From Alphaproteobacteria bacterium (GTDB lineage Bacteria > Pseudomonadota > Alphaproteobacteria > CACIAM-22H2): DNA of 64,000 bases. Below are positions 52,059 to 64,000 of the stretch, one piece after another. The DNA is taken from contig DATIBC010000044.1 of assembly GCA_035457725.1 (NCBI GenBank), forward strand, positions 6,458 through 70,457, read 5' to 3'. How positions within the stretch are numbered: position 1 is the first letter of the stretch; every line of letters starts with the position of its first letter. The notes under the pieces are model-generated. The model ran no database searches, had not been told where the DNA came from, and was given only the letters and a program-made list of their open reading frames with translations. The translations under genes and the position numbers were made by a program.

Positions 52059-53371
52059 CGCCCCTGCCCCGCCGATGCGACCGCGGGAAACCGTATCGAC
52101 GGCTCGCGACGCGCCACTAAGCCTTGCGGGCGCCAAACCATGATCATCACCATCGCGGCGCCGAACAACAACATGCGGTATTGGGCAAACTCGCGGCCAA
52201 ACTCCGGCAGCAGAATTAAGAACGCCGCGGCGATCACCACGCCGAGCTGGCTGCCCATGCCGCCAAGGACGACGATGGCGAGGATCGTCGCCGATTCGAT
52301 GAAGGTGAAGCTTTCCGGGCTGATGAAGCCTTGGCGCGTGGCGAAGAACGATCCGGCGAACCCGCCGAACATCGCTCCCAACGCGAATGCGCTCAACTTG
52401 GTGTTAGTCGGATTGATGCCAAGCGACCGGCAGGCAATCTCGTCCTCGCGCAACGCTTCCCATGCGCGTCCGAGCGGCAGGCGGCGGATGCGAAGGGTGA
52501 ACCAGTTGGTCAGGAGGGCGAGTAAAAGAATGATGTAATAAAGAAACGTCAGGCGATGGATGCCGGAGAACTCGATATCGAAATACTCGTGGAACGTGGT
52601 TTGACCGGGCGGCGCCGTCGGCGCGAACGGCATGCCGAGGAACGACGGCCGCGGAATGGCGCTGAGGCCGTTCGGCCCGCCCGTGAACTCCCACCAATTG
52701 AGAAGAATGATGCGGATCATCTCGCCGAAGCCGAGCGTGACGATCGCCAAGTAATCACCGCGCAGACGGAGAACTGGAAATCCCAGCAGGATGCCGAAGG
52801 TCGCCGCCAGCGCGCCCGCAAGCGGCAAGGATTCCCAGAAGCCGAGCGACAAGTACTGGGCCGCCAGGGCGAAGGAATACGCGCCGACGGCGTAGAAGGC
52901 CACATAACCGAGATCGAGAAGCCCAGCGAGCCCGACGACGATGTTCAGGCCCCAGCCGAGCATCACATAGATCAGGACGGTGATCGCCACATCCATGATG
53001 TACTGGTTGGCGAACGGCAGGAAGGGTAGTACGAAGCCGAAAACCGCCACCGCGCCCCCGACCCATATGCCGATCGCGCCAAGCGATCCGGCGAATTCTT
53101 GGACGGCGGCGAATGGTGCGCTCAGTACCGAGCCTCCCCGCTGCATCAGCAGCGCGAGAACGAACCGGCCGACGAATACGGCCGCCACGCCCACCATCAC
53201 CCACGAAAAGCGCGTCTCGAGGGTGACGCCGCCGGTGATGTCGACCAGCCGGAACCCGATCAGCGGAACCGCGAGAATGAGCGCGACGAGCGCGGCCAGG
53301 CCGGCCTCGCGCGCCGCCGTCATCAACGGCGATGGTCGTGGCGCCGGCGCCTGTTGGACGAGGGTCGCCAC
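52055..53371 (-). CDS. livM: branched-chain amino acid ABC transporter permease LivM
   Basis: Multi-TM permease with the LivM-type N-terminal extension and conserved [11 protein letters not shown]. Confidence 0.85.
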   Translation of the reverse strand: MATLVQQAPAPRPSPLMTAAREAGLAALVALILAVPLIGFRLVDITGGVTLETRFSWVMVGVAAVFVGRFVLALLMQRGGSVLSAPFAAVQEFAGSLGAIGIWVGGAVAVFGFVLPFLPFANQYIMDVAITVLIYVMLGWGLNIVVGLAGLLDLGYVAFYAVGAYSFALAAQYLSLGFWESLPLAGALAATFGILLGFPVLRLRGDYLAIVTLGFGEMIRIILLNWWEFTGGPNGLSAIPRPSFLGMPFAPTAPPGQTTFHEYFDIEFSGIHRLTFLYYIILLLALLTNWFTLRIRRLPLGRAWEALREDEIACRSLGINPTNTKLSAFALGAMFGGFAGSFFATRQGFISPESFTFIESATILAIVVLGGMGSQLGVVIAAAFLILLPEFGREFAQYRMLLFGAAMVMIMVWRPQGLVARREPSIRFPAVASAGQGR

Positions 53372-53375
53372 GCGC

Positions 53376-54290
<915 letters not shown>

Positions 54291-54520
54291 GCCCTGGAAC
54301 TCCCTGTTCCGACCCAGCCGCTGCTCCGCTGGCAAACCGGCCGGCGCCCCCGAATTTTTGTCCCGTCCGTCCGGGGTGCGGCACAAGTCATACGGGTAAG
54401 CCGCACGCTTGCCAAGGTTCTCGTTTTGCGCGATCAGCCCGGCGCTCGCGCCGCGAGCTTGGCGGAGAATTCCTTTACATATAAAATAATCGATCGTCCC
54501 CCGAACGACCGTCAGGCGCG

Positions 54521-54973
54521 ATGTCCTCCGCTCCGTTCAGTCGACAGCTTCGCATCCGTTTTTCGCATTCGGATCCGGCAGGGATCGTCTACTACCCGAA
54601 CTATTTCGATATGTTCAACGGACTGATCGAGGACTGGTTCTCCGACGGCCTCGGCATCGACTATGCCAAGCAAATCGTCGTCCACAGGCTGGGCCTGCCG
54701 ACGGTCCACGCGGCGTGTGATTTCTTCATCCCGAGCCGGATGGGCGACCTGCTTTCAATGACGTTGCTGGTGCGCGATGTCGGCCGTTCGTCGCTCAAGC
54801 TCACGATCCACGGCCATGTCGGCGCCGAGGAGCGGCTGCGCGCCGACCTCGTCGTCGTCCTTATTTCGCTCGACACCAACAAATCGACACCGATCCCCGA
54901 CAAGCTGCGCAGCCGCTTCGTCGACTACAAGGCGGCGCACGCCGGGTGGACCGTCGAGGCGGCGGCAGTCTGA
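54521..54973 (+). CDS. acyl-CoA thioesterase (4HBT/YbgC-like hotdog fold)
   Basis: RIRFSHSDPAGIVYYPNYFDMFNGLIEDW is the typical 4HBT thioesterase N-terminus with the catalytic Asp. Confidence 0.75.
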   Translation: MSSAPFSRQLRIRFSHSDPAGIVYYPNYFDMFNGLIEDWFSDGLGIDYAKQIVVHRLGLPTVHAACDFFIPSRMGDLLSMTLLVRDVGRSSLKLTIHGHVGAEERLRADLVVVLISLDTNKSTPIPDKLRSRFVDYKAAHAGWTVEAAAV

Positions 54974-55008
54974 GTAACGCAACGCGCGACGAAGGAGCGC
55001 ATCACGAC

Positions 55009-55443
55009 ATGCACGATACGTTGTTGCCCAAAGGCTGGCGGCGGCCTGCGGGCTACGCCAATGGTGTCGCAGCGCGCGGGCGAACGATCTACGTCGCCGG
55101 CCAGATCGGCTGGAACGCACAGGGACTATTCGAGACCGACGATTTCACCGCTCAGGTCCGCCAGGCGCTCGCCAATGTGCGCGCGGTTCTCGAAGCCGGG
55201 GGCGCCGCGCCGCGGCACCTGACACGCATGACATGGTACGTGACCGATAAACACGAATATCTCGCGAATCTGCCGGCGATCGGCGACGCCTACCGCGACG
55301 TCATCGGCAGGATTTTTCCGGCCATGACTCTGATCGAGGTCAAGGGTCTCCTTGAGGCTCGCGCCAAGGTCGAGATCGAAGCCACGGCAGTCGTTCCCGA
55401 ACCGCGACGCAATCCGGTACGCAAGTCGTCGCGAAGTCGCTAG
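55009..55443 (+). CDS. RidA family protein (YjgF/chorismate-mutase-like)
   Basis: ARGRTIYVAGQIGWN...RMTWYVTD...PAMTLIEVKGLLE. AAGGAG Shine-Dalgarno before the ATG. Confidence 0.8.
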   Translation: MHDTLLPKGWRRPAGYANGVAARGRTIYVAGQIGWNAQGLFETDDFTAQVRQALANVRAVLEAGGAAPRHLTRMTWYVTDKHEYLANLPAIGDAYRDVIGRIFPAMTLIEVKGLLEARAKVEIEATAVVPEPRRNPVRKSSRSR

Positions 55444-55509
55444 AGTCGCCTCAGCGCCCTACCCTCGACTATATTGCTCCAACGCCCACAAGCGCGAACG
55501 GAGAGAACG

Positions 55510-56730
55510 ATGGCCACCCAGCCAGCCCGTGCGGCAGCGAAGAAGCCCGGCGCCGCGAAGCCGACGTTTCAATGGGAAGATCCATTCCTGCTCGACGACC
55601 AATTCGCCGAAGACGAGCGCATGGTGCGCGACGCGGCGCGAGCGTACTGCCAAGAAAAGCTTATGCCGCGTGTACTCGAGGGGTTCCGCCACGAGAAATT
55701 CGATCGTGAGATCATGACCGAGATGGGCGCGCTCGGCTTCCTCGGCTCGACCATACAGGGCTACGGTTGCGCCGGCGTGAGTTACGTCTGTTACGGGCTC
55801 GTTGCGCGCGAGGTCGAAGGCGTCGATTCCGGTTATCGCTCGGCGATGAGCGTGCAGTCGTCACTGGTGATGCATCCGATCCATGCCTACGGAAACGAGG
55901 CGCAGCGGCAGAAGTATCTGCCCAAGCTCGCCAGCGGCGAGTGGGTCGGTTGTTTCGGCTTGACCGAGCCCGATCATGGCTCCGATCCCGCCGGCATGAA
56001 GTCGCGGGCCAAGAGGGTCGCCGGCGGCTACGTGTTACGCGGCGCCAAGATGTGGATCACCAACTCGCCCATCGCCGACGTCTTCGTGGTGTGGGCGAAG
56101 GACGACGACGGCGAGATCCGCGGCTTTATCCTCGAGCGGGGAATGAAGGGTCTCAAGACTCCCAAGATCGAGGGCAAGTTTTCGCTTCGTGCGTCGACAA
56201 CCGGCGAGATCGTCATGGAGGACGTCGAGGTCCCGGAGGACAGCCTGTTGCCAAACGTCGCCGGTCTAAAGGGTCCGTTCGGATGCCTGACGCGGGCGCG
56301 CTATGGGATCGCCTGGGGCGCCCTCGGGGCAGCCGAGTTTTGCTGGCATCGGGCGCGCAACTACACGCTGGAGCGCAAGCAGTTCGGCCGGCCGCTCGCC
56401 GCCAATCAGCTCGTCCAGAAGAAGCTCGCCGACATGCAGACCGAGATATCGATCGGATTGCAATCGTGCCTGCGCGTCGGGCGACTGATGGATGATGGCC
56501 GTGCGACGCCGGAGATGGTCTCGCTCATTAAGCGCAATTCCTGCGGCAAGGCTCTCGACATCGCGCGAGTGGCTCGCGACATGCATGGCGGCAACGGCGT
56601 CGCTGATGAATTCCACGTCATACGGCACGTTTTGAACCTCGAGGCGGTCAACACCTACGAGGGAACGCACGACATCCACGCCCTGATCCTCGGCCGCGCG
56701 CAGACCGGCATCCAGGCCTTCTCCAATTAG
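55510..56730 (+). CDS. gcdH: glutaryl-CoA dehydrogenase (acyl-CoA dehydrogenase family)
   Basis: ACAD fold with the glutaryl-CoA-DH-type N-terminus ([22 protein letters not shown]) and catalytic-region motifs. 403 aa. Confidence 0.85.
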   Translation: MATQPARAAAKKPGAAKPTFQWEDPFLLDDQFAEDERMVRDAARAYCQEKLMPRVLEGFRHEKFDREIMTEMGALGFLGSTIQGYGCAGVSYVCYGLVAREVEGVDSGYRSAMSVQSSLVMHPIHAYGNEAQRQKYLPKLASGEWVGCFGLTEPDHGSDPAGMKSRAKRVAGGYVLRGAKMWITNSPIADVFVVWAKDDDGEIRGFILERGMKGLKTPKIEGKFSLRASTTGEIVMEDVEVPEDSLLPNVAGLKGPFGCLTRARYGIAWGALGAAEFCWHRARNYTLERKQFGRPLAANQLVQKKLADMQTEISIGLQSCLRVGRLMDDGRATPEMVSLIKRNSCGKALDIARVARDMHGGNGVADEFHVIRHVLNLEAVNTYEGTHDIHALILGRAQTGIQAFSN

Positions 56731-56901
56731 AGTGCGGTTCGCATTGGTGGGACGACCCGCGTTGTGTCCCGCCCTTGGGCGAACTCCGGGCGCGAGGCAA
56801 TGCGCGCGCCTTAGTAGTGACCCGGCCGAACCATGAGGACGCGAAACTCGACCGCGATCGGGCGGATCACGCGCTAACGGCGACTGGCAATAGTGCGCGA
56901 C

Positions 56902-56932
56902 GACGCAGGCGGGCGTGAGGCCCGCCTGCGTC
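56902..56932. terminator. GC-rich perfect hairpin (13-bp stem GACGCAGGCGGGC / GCCCGCCTGCGTC, 5-nt loop) between convergent gcdH and marR-type genes
   Basis: The inverted repeat was read directly from the sequence. There is no U-tract, so intrinsic-terminator function is unproven. Confidence 0.35.
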
Positions 56933-56988
56933 AAAGGCGCATGGAGTTCTGGCGAACGAGGCGGTCGGGACGTCGTGCCGTTCGGCGA

Positions 56989-57462
56989 TCAGGCCGCAGT
57001 GGTGAGGACCTGGCTGCCTTTGGCCAGCGTACCGTTCCAGAACCGCTCGAGCTGGCGCAGCGCCTCGGCCGCGGTGCGCAACTTGTCGGCGGTCATGATC
57101 GTCTTCTCCAGCTCGACCGACTGGGTTTGGAACGTCTGGTCGAGCCGGCGATGCAAATCGAGTCCCTTGGGCGTCAAGCGCACGCGAACCGACCGGCGGT
57201 CGTGCGGCGAGCGCGCCTGGGTGACGTAATCGTGCTCGATGAGTTTCTTCAGATTGTAGGAAACGTTGGAGCCAAGATAGTAGCCGCGGAGCGTCAACTC
57301 GCCGACCGTCACTTCTTCCGAGCCCACGTTGTAGAGGATCAACGCTTGGACGTTGTTGATGTCGCGGATATTCAGACGGTCGAGGTCGCTCTTAACCACA
57401 TCTAGAAAATGGCGATGCAAGCGCTCTATGAGGCCGACCGCGTCGAGATATGCGCTCTTCAT
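56989..57462 (-). CDS. MarR family transcriptional regulator
   Basis: Winged HTH (TVGELTLRGYYLGSNVSYNLKKLIEHDYV...DRRSVRVRLTPKGLDL). ATG with AAAGGA upstream. Confidence 0.8.
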   Translation of the reverse strand: MKSAYLDAVGLIERLHRHFLDVVKSDLDRLNIRDINNVQALILYNVGSEEVTVGELTLRGYYLGSNVSYNLKKLIEHDYVTQARSPHDRRSVRVRLTPKGLDLHRRLDQTFQTQSVELEKTIMTADKLRTAAEALRQLERFWNGTLAKGSQVLTTAA

Positions 57463-57524
57463 AATAAAGTCCTTTCCCGGTGCTCGTCCGCGGGAAAGGA
57501 TCAACGAAAACGGTTAATGTTCCC

Positions 57525-58412
57525 TTACCCACCCCGCAGAAGCTTGATTACGCCGGAGAAATCGCTTCCCGCGCCGCCGCCTGCGGCGAATAGCCCGTAG
57601 ATCGACTGCGCCGCGGCACCGAGCGGCGTGTTGACCCCAGCTTGCTGCGCCGCTTGCTGCGAAAGCCGCATGTCTTTCAACATCATCGCTGCGGTGAACC
57701 CTGGTCTATAGTCGCGGTTCGCGGGCGACGTCGGCACCGGACCCGGAACCGGGCAATAGTTGGTCATCGACCAACATTGGCCGGAAGACTTTGAGCTAAT
57801 GTCGAACAGCTTTTGCGCTTCGAGGCCGAGCTTCTCGGCGAGCAGAAACCCTTCGCAGACGGCGATCATCGAGATGCCGAGGATCATGTTGTTGCAGATC
57901 TTCGCTGCCTGCCCATTGCCGGGTCCGCCGGCGTGCACAATGGTCTTGCCCATTGCCTGCAGTAGCGGCAAGGCGCGGCTGAAGGACTTTTCGCCGCCGC
58001 CGACCATGAAAGTCAGCGTCGCCCCCTCGGCGCCGGCGACGCCGCCCGAGACCGGCGCATCGACCATGTCGTGGCCGGCCTTCGTTGCCGCATCGCTGAC
58101 AGCGCGTGCGGTCTCGACGTCGATGGTCGAGCAGTCGATCAGCAACGCCCCTTTCGCCGCCGCGGCGATGACTGCGCCAGCGCCCATGTAGACGTCGCGC
58201 ACGTGCGCGCCCGCCGGCAGCATCGTGATGACCGCCTCGACGCCCTTCGCCGCCTCGGCCGGACTTGCCGCCGCCGCGGCGCCCGCGCCGGTCACGGCGT
58301 CGAGCGACGCCTTGGCGACGTCGAACGCCTTCAGCTTATGCCCCGCCTTGATCAGGTTGCGCGCCATCGGCCCGCCCATGTTGCCAACGCCGATAAAACC
58401 GATGTTCGCCAT
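57525..58412 (-). CDS. mmsB: 3-hydroxyisobutyrate dehydrogenase
   Basis: NAD-binding IGFIGVGNMGGPMARNL and the 6-PGDH-like C-terminal domain. Confidence 0.85.
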   Translation of the reverse strand: MANIGFIGVGNMGGPMARNLIKAGHKLKAFDVAKASLDAVTGAGAAAAASPAEAAKGVEAVITMLPAGAHVRDVYMGAGAVIAAAAKGALLIDCSTIDVETARAVSDAATKAGHDMVDAPVSGGVAGAEGATLTFMVGGGEKSFSRALPLLQAMGKTIVHAGGPGNGQAAKICNNMILGISMIAVCEGFLLAEKLGLEAQKLFDISSKSSGQCWSMTNYCPVPGPVPTSPANRDYRPGFTAAMMLKDMRLSQQAAQQAGVNTPLGAAAQSIYGLFAAGGGAGSDFSGVIKLLRGG

Positions 58413-58502
58413 GTCGCGTCCCTCCTGGAGTATTCGCGGTCATTCTCTTCTTCACGTCGCGTCGAGCGGGCTCGCCGAACCACCCCGACCGTCGAACTCG
58501 CT

Positions 58503-59552
58503 TCAATCCTCGAACGTCAGTTCGTCGCGTCCCAAGGACGCAAAATACTTCTCGACGTCAGCCGGCTTGACATCGTCCAGCCGCGCCGGATTCCAACGCG
58601 GCGCGTTGTCCTTGTCGATCACCACCGACCGGACGCCCTCGAAGAAATCTCCGCCGGCCATGAACCGTTGCACCAGCCGGTATTCGAGCCGCATGCAATC
58701 CTCGAAATCGAGGCCTGCGCCCATGCGGAGTTGGCGCACGGTGACGCGAAGACTGGTCGGCGACTTCCGCGAGATCGTGTCGCGCGTCGCGCTGGCCCAG
58801 TCGCTGCTCTCGCTGGCGAGCGCCGCGAGGATCGCCTCGATTGTATCGCCGGCGAAGCAGCGATCGATTGCCGCGCGATGCTCTGCCAACGGCGAAGCGC
58901 CGGCGGATTGCGCGAAGCGCGCCAATGCTGCGGCGGCTGACTCGCTTTCGAGCGCCGCCAGCAGTTCCGTCATGCGGCCCGATGGCACGTAGTGTGTGGC
59001 GAGTCCGCAATAGACGAGATCGGCGGCCTTTAGCCGCGCGCCGGTCAAGCCGAGGAACATGCCGAGCTGGCCGGGCGTGCGGGTAAGAAAGTAAGTCGCG
59101 CCGACATCGGGAAACAGCCCGATGCCCGTCTCCGGCATGGCGAACAACGCTTTCTCGCTGACCGCGCGGAAGCGCCCGGTCATCGACACGCCGACCCCGC
59201 CGCCCATCGCGATCCCGTCGACAAGCGCGACATAGTCCTTGGGAAAGCGGTGGATGCGGCGATTGAGCCGGTATTCGTGCCAGTAGAAATCGCGGGTCAA
59301 TCGCCCGCCAGGACCCGATTCATATAGCGCGCGAACATCCCCGCCAGCGCAAAATGCGCGATCGCCAGCGCCGGTGATCGCCACTTTGTCGATTCCTGGA
59401 TCCTGCGCCCAAGCTTTGAGCTGGCGGTCGAGCGCCTGCGACATGCCGAGGGTCAGCGCGTTGAGCGCCTTCGGCCGGTTCATCTCCGCGTGGCCGAGGC
59501 GCCCACGCGCCGCGAACAGGATATCGCCGCTCGACGCGGCCGCCTCGTTCAT
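58503..59552 (-). CDS. 3-hydroxyisobutyryl-CoA hydrolase (enoyl-CoA hydratase/isomerase family)
   Basis: Crotonase core (FCAGGDVRALY, GIAMGGGVG) with the long C-terminal extension typical of HIBCH. Confidence 0.8.
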   Translation of the reverse strand: MNEAAASSGDILFAARGRLGHAEMNRPKALNALTLGMSQALDRQLKAWAQDPGIDKVAITGAGDRAFCAGGDVRALYESGPGGRLTRDFYWHEYRLNRRIHRFPKDYVALVDGIAMGGGVGVSMTGRFRAVSEKALFAMPETGIGLFPDVGATYFLTRTPGQLGMFLGLTGARLKAADLVYCGLATHYVPSGRMTELLAALESESAAAALARFAQSAGASPLAEHRAAIDRCFAGDTIEAILAALASESSDWASATRDTISRKSPTSLRVTVRQLRMGAGLDFEDCMRLEYRLVQRFMAGGDFFEGVRSVVIDKDNAPRWNPARLDDVKPADVEKYFASLGRDELTFED

Positions 59553-59558
59553 CGTTCC

Positions 59559-60698
59559 TCACATGCCCAACAGGCGGCGGGCGACGATCACCCGCATGAT
59601 TTCGTTCGTGCCTTCGAGAATCTGGTGCACCCGCGCGTCGCGCAAGTGCCGCTCGATCGGATAATCCTTGAGATACCCGTAGCCGCCGAAGAGCTGCAGC
59701 GCGTCATTGCACACCTTGAAGCCGGTATCGGTGGCTAGGCGTTTGGCCATTGCGCAATAAAGCGTCGCGTCCGCGTCGCCGGCATCGAGCCGGCTCGCCG
59801 CGCGATGGATCATCAAGCGCGCCGCCTCGAGTTCGGTCGCCATGTCGGCGAGCTTGAACTGCAGCGCCTGGAAATCGGCCAGGCGCTTTCCGAACTGTCG
59901 CCGCACCCCGAGATGGACGCGCGCCGCCTCGAGGCAGGCGCGGGCGGCGCCGATCGAGCAGGCGCCGATATTGATCCGACCGCCGTCGAGGCCTTGCATG
60001 GCGATCTTGAAGCCGTCGCCCTCCTGGCCGATGCGGTTCGCCACCGGGACGCGCGCGTCCTCAAAGATCACCATCGCCGTTGGCTGGCTGTTCCAGCCGA
60101 GCTTTCGCTCTTTCTTCCCGAACGACAAACCGGGCGTGTCCTTTTCGACGACGATCGTCGAGATGCCCTTCGGACCCTCGCCGCCCGTGCGAACCATGCA
60201 GACGTAAACGTCGCTCGCCCCGCCACCCGAGATAAACGCCTTTGTGCCATTCAGCACATAGTGGTCGCCATCGCGCGCCGCCCGCGTTTTCAATGCCGCG
60301 GCATCTGATCCGGCGCCCGGCTCGGTGAGGCAATAGCTGGCGAAGCTTTTCATCCGTGTCAGATCGGGCAACCATCGCCGCCGCTGCGCATCCTCGGCGA
60401 ACTTGTCGATCATCCATGACGCCATGTTGTGAATGGAGATATAAGCCGCGGTCGACGTACAGCCGACGGCGAGCTCCTCGAAGATCACCGCCGCGTCAAG
60501 TCGCGAGAGATCCGAGCCGCCGACGTCATCGCGTATGTAGATTCCGGCGAACCCGAGCTCGGCCGCCTTTCGCAACGTCTCGACCGGAAAGACGCAGTTT
60601 TCATCCCACTCGGCCGCGAACGGTGCCATCTGCTCGGCGGCAAAATTGCGCGCCATCTCCTGGAACTGGCGTTGCTCCTCGCTCAGCTCGAAATCCAT
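59559..60698 (-). CDS. acyl-CoA dehydrogenase (isobutyryl-CoA dehydrogenase-like)
   Basis: [38 protein letters not shown]-terminus, catalytic Glu near the C-terminus (ILEGTNEI). Confidence 0.85.
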   Translation of the reverse strand: MDFELSEEQRQFQEMARNFAAEQMAPFAAEWDENCVFPVETLRKAAELGFAGIYIRDDVGGSDLSRLDAAVIFEELAVGCTSTAAYISIHNMASWMIDKFAEDAQRRRWLPDLTRMKSFASYCLTEPGAGSDAAALKTRAARDGDHYVLNGTKAFISGGGASDVYVCMVRTGGEGPKGISTIVVEKDTPGLSFGKKERKLGWNSQPTAMVIFEDARVPVANRIGQEGDGFKIAMQGLDGGRINIGACSIGAARACLEAARVHLGVRRQFGKRLADFQALQFKLADMATELEAARLMIHRAASRLDAGDADATLYCAMAKRLATDTGFKVCNDALQLFGGYGYLKDYPIERHLRDARVHQILEGTNEIMRVIVARRLLGM

Positions 60699-60796
60699 GC
60701 CTCTTGCCCCTGGGACTGGCTTCGCGTCCGGCTTCTAAAGGCCGACCTCGGCGCTGTCAACGCAGCCGGCCGGGGTGCGACACTCAGGCGGCGTGA

Positions 60797-61864
<1,068 letters not shown>

Positions 61865-61938
61865 ATGCCTATTCCTCGCTTTTTCTCCAGCAAGGCCGAC
61901 CTTATCGTTTGGCACGTTCAACGGCGAAATCCAAGACT

Positions 61939-62979
61939 CTACGCGGTCCTTGTATCTCCCACGCTCGACGTCACGACGAATCGCTCGAAGAAGCGAACGA
62001 TGCAGCGATCGTGCCATGGTGCAGGGCCGCCGAGCCCATGAAAGCCGACATGGCCTCCGCGCCGCGACAGCAGCGCGGTCAGTCGACGGTTCCGCCGCCA
62101 GTCGTAGCGCGCGTAATCTTCGCCAGGTATCCACGGGTCGTCGAGCGCGTGGATGACGAGCGTCGGCGTCGCGATGCCGTCGAGTGCGCGGCGCGACGAG
62201 CATCGCGCATAGTAATCTTCGGCGCCGCCAAAGCCGTTCAACGGCGCCACGACCGTGTCGTCATATTCGTAGATCGTTCGCGCCGACGCGATGGCGCGCG
62301 AGCGCTCGAGGTCATGAACGGTTCGCGGGCCGAACGCTTCGGCTTTCATGCGGCGCAGCAGGTACGATTGATAGATGCGATTGCGCGGCCGCATCATCGC
62401 CACCGCTGCGGCCCGCAATTCGATCGGCGCCGACACGGCGGCAGCGGCGATGACTGGCTCTCCCCCGCCCCGGCCTAGCAAATTGAGCAGCAAATTTGCC
62501 CCGAGCGAGAAGCCGATGGCGAACACGCCGCGCTCGCGCGCCTCCCGCGGGAGCGCCGCCAGCGCATCACTCAGGTCTTGCGTTCGCCCGGCGTGATAGC
62601 GCTCGCGGCAATTGAGGCGCGTCGCACCGGCGCCGCGCAAGTTGAGCCGCAACACCGAAAAGCCGGCATCGAGTAGGCTGCGCGTGGTGAGCAGAACATA
62701 AAAACTCTCGGCGCAGCCGGAGAGGCCGTGGATCAGCGCGACCAGCGGCCGGTGCGTGGCGTTGCGATGCCATTCGGCCTGCAGTCGATCGCCGCTGCCA
62801 TCGCGCATCGGTAGGTCAAGGGTTGCCGCTGGCCAGGCGTGCAGATCCGGTCGCGGACGGACAATGAAATTTCGAACGGTCTGCAGATCGGGTCCGAACC
62901 ATGGCGCACGCGGCCGAAACTCGGGGAACTCGGCGGCGGACCCTCCGATATGATCGAGCGGCGCTGCGCTCAGCCCCAT
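61939..62979 (-). CDS. alpha/beta-fold hydrolase (YheT/abhydrolase-like)
   Basis: Nucleophile elbow GFSLGAN, HGLSG oxyanion region and a C-terminal His (GGHVGF). Confidence 0.75.
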   Translation of the reverse strand: MGLSAAPLDHIGGSAAEFPEFRPRAPWFGPDLQTVRNFIVRPRPDLHAWPAATLDLPMRDGSGDRLQAEWHRNATHRPLVALIHGLSGCAESFYVLLTTRSLLDAGFSVLRLNLRGAGATRLNCRERYHAGRTQDLSDALAALPREARERGVFAIGFSLGANLLLNLLGRGGGEPVIAAAAVSAPIELRAAAVAMMRPRNRIYQSYLLRRMKAEAFGPRTVHDLERSRAIASARTIYEYDDTVVAPLNGFGGAEDYYARCSSRRALDGIATPTLVIHALDDPWIPGEDYARYDWRRNRRLTALLSRRGGHVGFHGLGGPAPWHDRCIVRFFERFVVTSSVGDTRTA

Positions 62980-63773
62980 GGCCCGCGCCGACCGCGGTCG
63001 ATCGGCCCCGTCTCGTCTGCCGGTGGGCCGCCGGCGCCTGTCCCACCGGCCGAAGGGCCGTCATCCCACGGGCGACGCTGCGGCGGATCGCCCCACATCG
63101 GAACGCCGGGCAAGCGGAAGAACGGCACCAAGGCGAGCCCGGCCATGAAGCCGCCGATGTGCGCGAACCACGCGACCCCGCCCTGCTCCGGATCGTCCGC
63201 CAGCCCGAATACGACCTGAAAGAGGATCCAACCGCCGAGGTAGATATAGGCTGGTATGCGGATCGTTTGATAGTAGAACCCCGCCCAGACGAAGGTGCGT
63301 ATGTTCGCCGTCGGATGCAGGACGATGTACGCACCCAGCACGCCTGAAATGGCGCCGCTGGCGCCGATCATCGGCACCATCGAAGACGTGAGCACGAACC
63401 CTTGCACCAACGCCGCGACGACGCCGCAAATCAGATAGAACATCGTGAAGCGGACATGGCCCATCGCTTCCTCGATGTTGTTGCCGAAAATCCACAGGAA
63501 CAGCATGTTGCCGATAAGGTGTTCGAGGCCGCCGTGAAGGAACATCGACGTCATCACGGTCAGCAGTGGATCGATGGTCTCGATGTCCGGCGGCAACGAG
63601 CGTCCCTCGAGCAGCACCCCCGGCGTCATGCCGTAGCCGCGCAGCAGCGCCTCGGCCTGCCATGGCGGCAGGCTAAGCTGGTAAAGGAACACGATCGTGC
63701 ATGTTACGATGAGAATCAGGTTGACGATCGGCAAGATCTTGATCGGAACTTCGTCGCCGATCGGCATGAACAT
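62970..63773 (-). CDS. rhomboid family intramembrane serine protease
   Basis: GASGAISGVLGAY (catalytic Ser) and AHIGGFMAGL (catalytic His). Six TM helices; Gly/Pro-rich C-terminal tail. Confidence 0.8.
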   Translation of the reverse strand: MFMPIGDEVPIKILPIVNLILIVTCTIVFLYQLSLPPWQAEALLRGYGMTPGVLLEGRSLPPDIETIDPLLTVMTSMFLHGGLEHLIGNMLFLWIFGNNIEEAMGHVRFTMFYLICGVVAALVQGFVLTSSMVPMIGASGAISGVLGAYIVLHPTANIRTFVWAGFYYQTIRIPAYIYLGGWILFQVVFGLADDPEQGGVAWFAHIGGFMAGLALVPFFRLPGVPMWGDPPQRRPWDDGPSAGGTGAGGPPADETGPIDRGRRGPWG

Positions 63774-63786
63774 CGCCCGTTACCCT

Positions 63787-64000
63787 CAACGATCAGCGAG
63801 AAATTGGCGCACGCTGGCCACCTGATCGTCGGCCATCAGCGCCGGCGCGTGGCCGCATCGTGCGAACTCGACCGACTGCACCAAGCCCTTCGCGGCCGGC
63901 CCGCGTCGCCGCATTTCCGCGAGCGTGTTCGACGAGAGCAGGTCGGAATTCGCTCCGCGAAGGACCAGCGTCGGGCATGCGATTCCGTCCCATATCGGCC
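63787..64000 (-). CDS. alpha/beta hydrolase, 3'-terminal fragment (5' end beyond window)
   Basis: Minus-strand frame reads ...PTLVLRGANSDLLSSNTLAEMRRRGPAAKGLVQSVEFARCGHAPALMADDQVASVRQFLADR*. The PTLV..G..D and GHxP elements are typical of the C-terminus of alpha/beta hydrolases. I chose a different frame from the ORF-track 63793..63993. Confidence 0.45.

Noticed and set aside
63793-63993. 66-aa minus-strand ORF at the window end
   Set aside because: A different minus-strand frame over the same nucleotides gives a convincing alpha/beta-hydrolase C-terminus (…PTLVLRGANSDLL…RCGHAPALMADDQ…) ending at 63787; I kept that frame instead.

Overview
This is a high-GC (~66-68%) alphaproteobacterial chromosomal window, probably Rhodospirillales or Rhizobiales-like. 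It is gene-dense and almost entirely core metabolism and housekeeping.

About 74 protein genes and one tRNA are recognisable. Grouped from the left end of the window:
- a split YeeE/YedE membrane-protein pair, then a BKACE (3-keto-5-aminohexanoate-cleavage-like) enzyme and an orphan secreted helical protein;
- a DUF853/HerA-like NTPase and an SDR oxidoreductase;
- an orphan PAS sensor histidine kinase followed by a bactofilin and a small membrane coiled-coil gene;
- recJ, glpX, hom and a class-I aminotransferase;
- phaC, a gamma-carbonic-anhydrase-like gene translationally coupled to argC, then rpsI and rplM;
- two enoyl-CoA hydratases and metY;
- VOC+MFS and cutA / winged-helix+MFS pairs;
- a 3-kb stretch of small orphan genes (secreted Pro-rich protein, PilZ, Glu/Arg-rich protein, micro membrane protein, VOC, methyltransferase) abutting tRNA-Pro(GGG);
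- the conserved merR-ihfA-fabH-plsX-rpmF-yceD block;
- bamE, the H+/Na+ pyrophosphatase hppA, and the thiL-nusB-ribH-ribBA-ribE-ribD-nrdR-glyA-rpiB block;
- mucR/ros, a complete LIV-type branched-chain amino-acid ABC transporter, and a glutaryl-CoA dehydrogenase/RidA/thioesterase cluster;
- a MarR regulator next to a valine-catabolism cluster (mmsB, 3-hydroxyisobutyryl-CoA hydrolase, acyl-CoA dehydrogenase);
- hemB, an alpha/beta hydrolase, a rhomboid protease and a partial hydrolase at the window end.

I found no transposase, integrase, CRISPR array or rRNA.

The most unusual material is:
- the small-gene islet at 28.5-31.8 kb next to tRNA-Pro;
- the orphan histidine kinase, bactofilin and small coiled-coil locus with a strongly AT-rich spacer;
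- the orphan secreted protein coupled to the BKACE enzyme;
- a small winged-helix ORF translationally coupled to an MFS transporter.

All calls rest on reading the supplied translations and nucleotide context; no database search was possible. Printed coordinates and the ORF track disagree by +/-1 nt in places around 31.3-32.4 kb.
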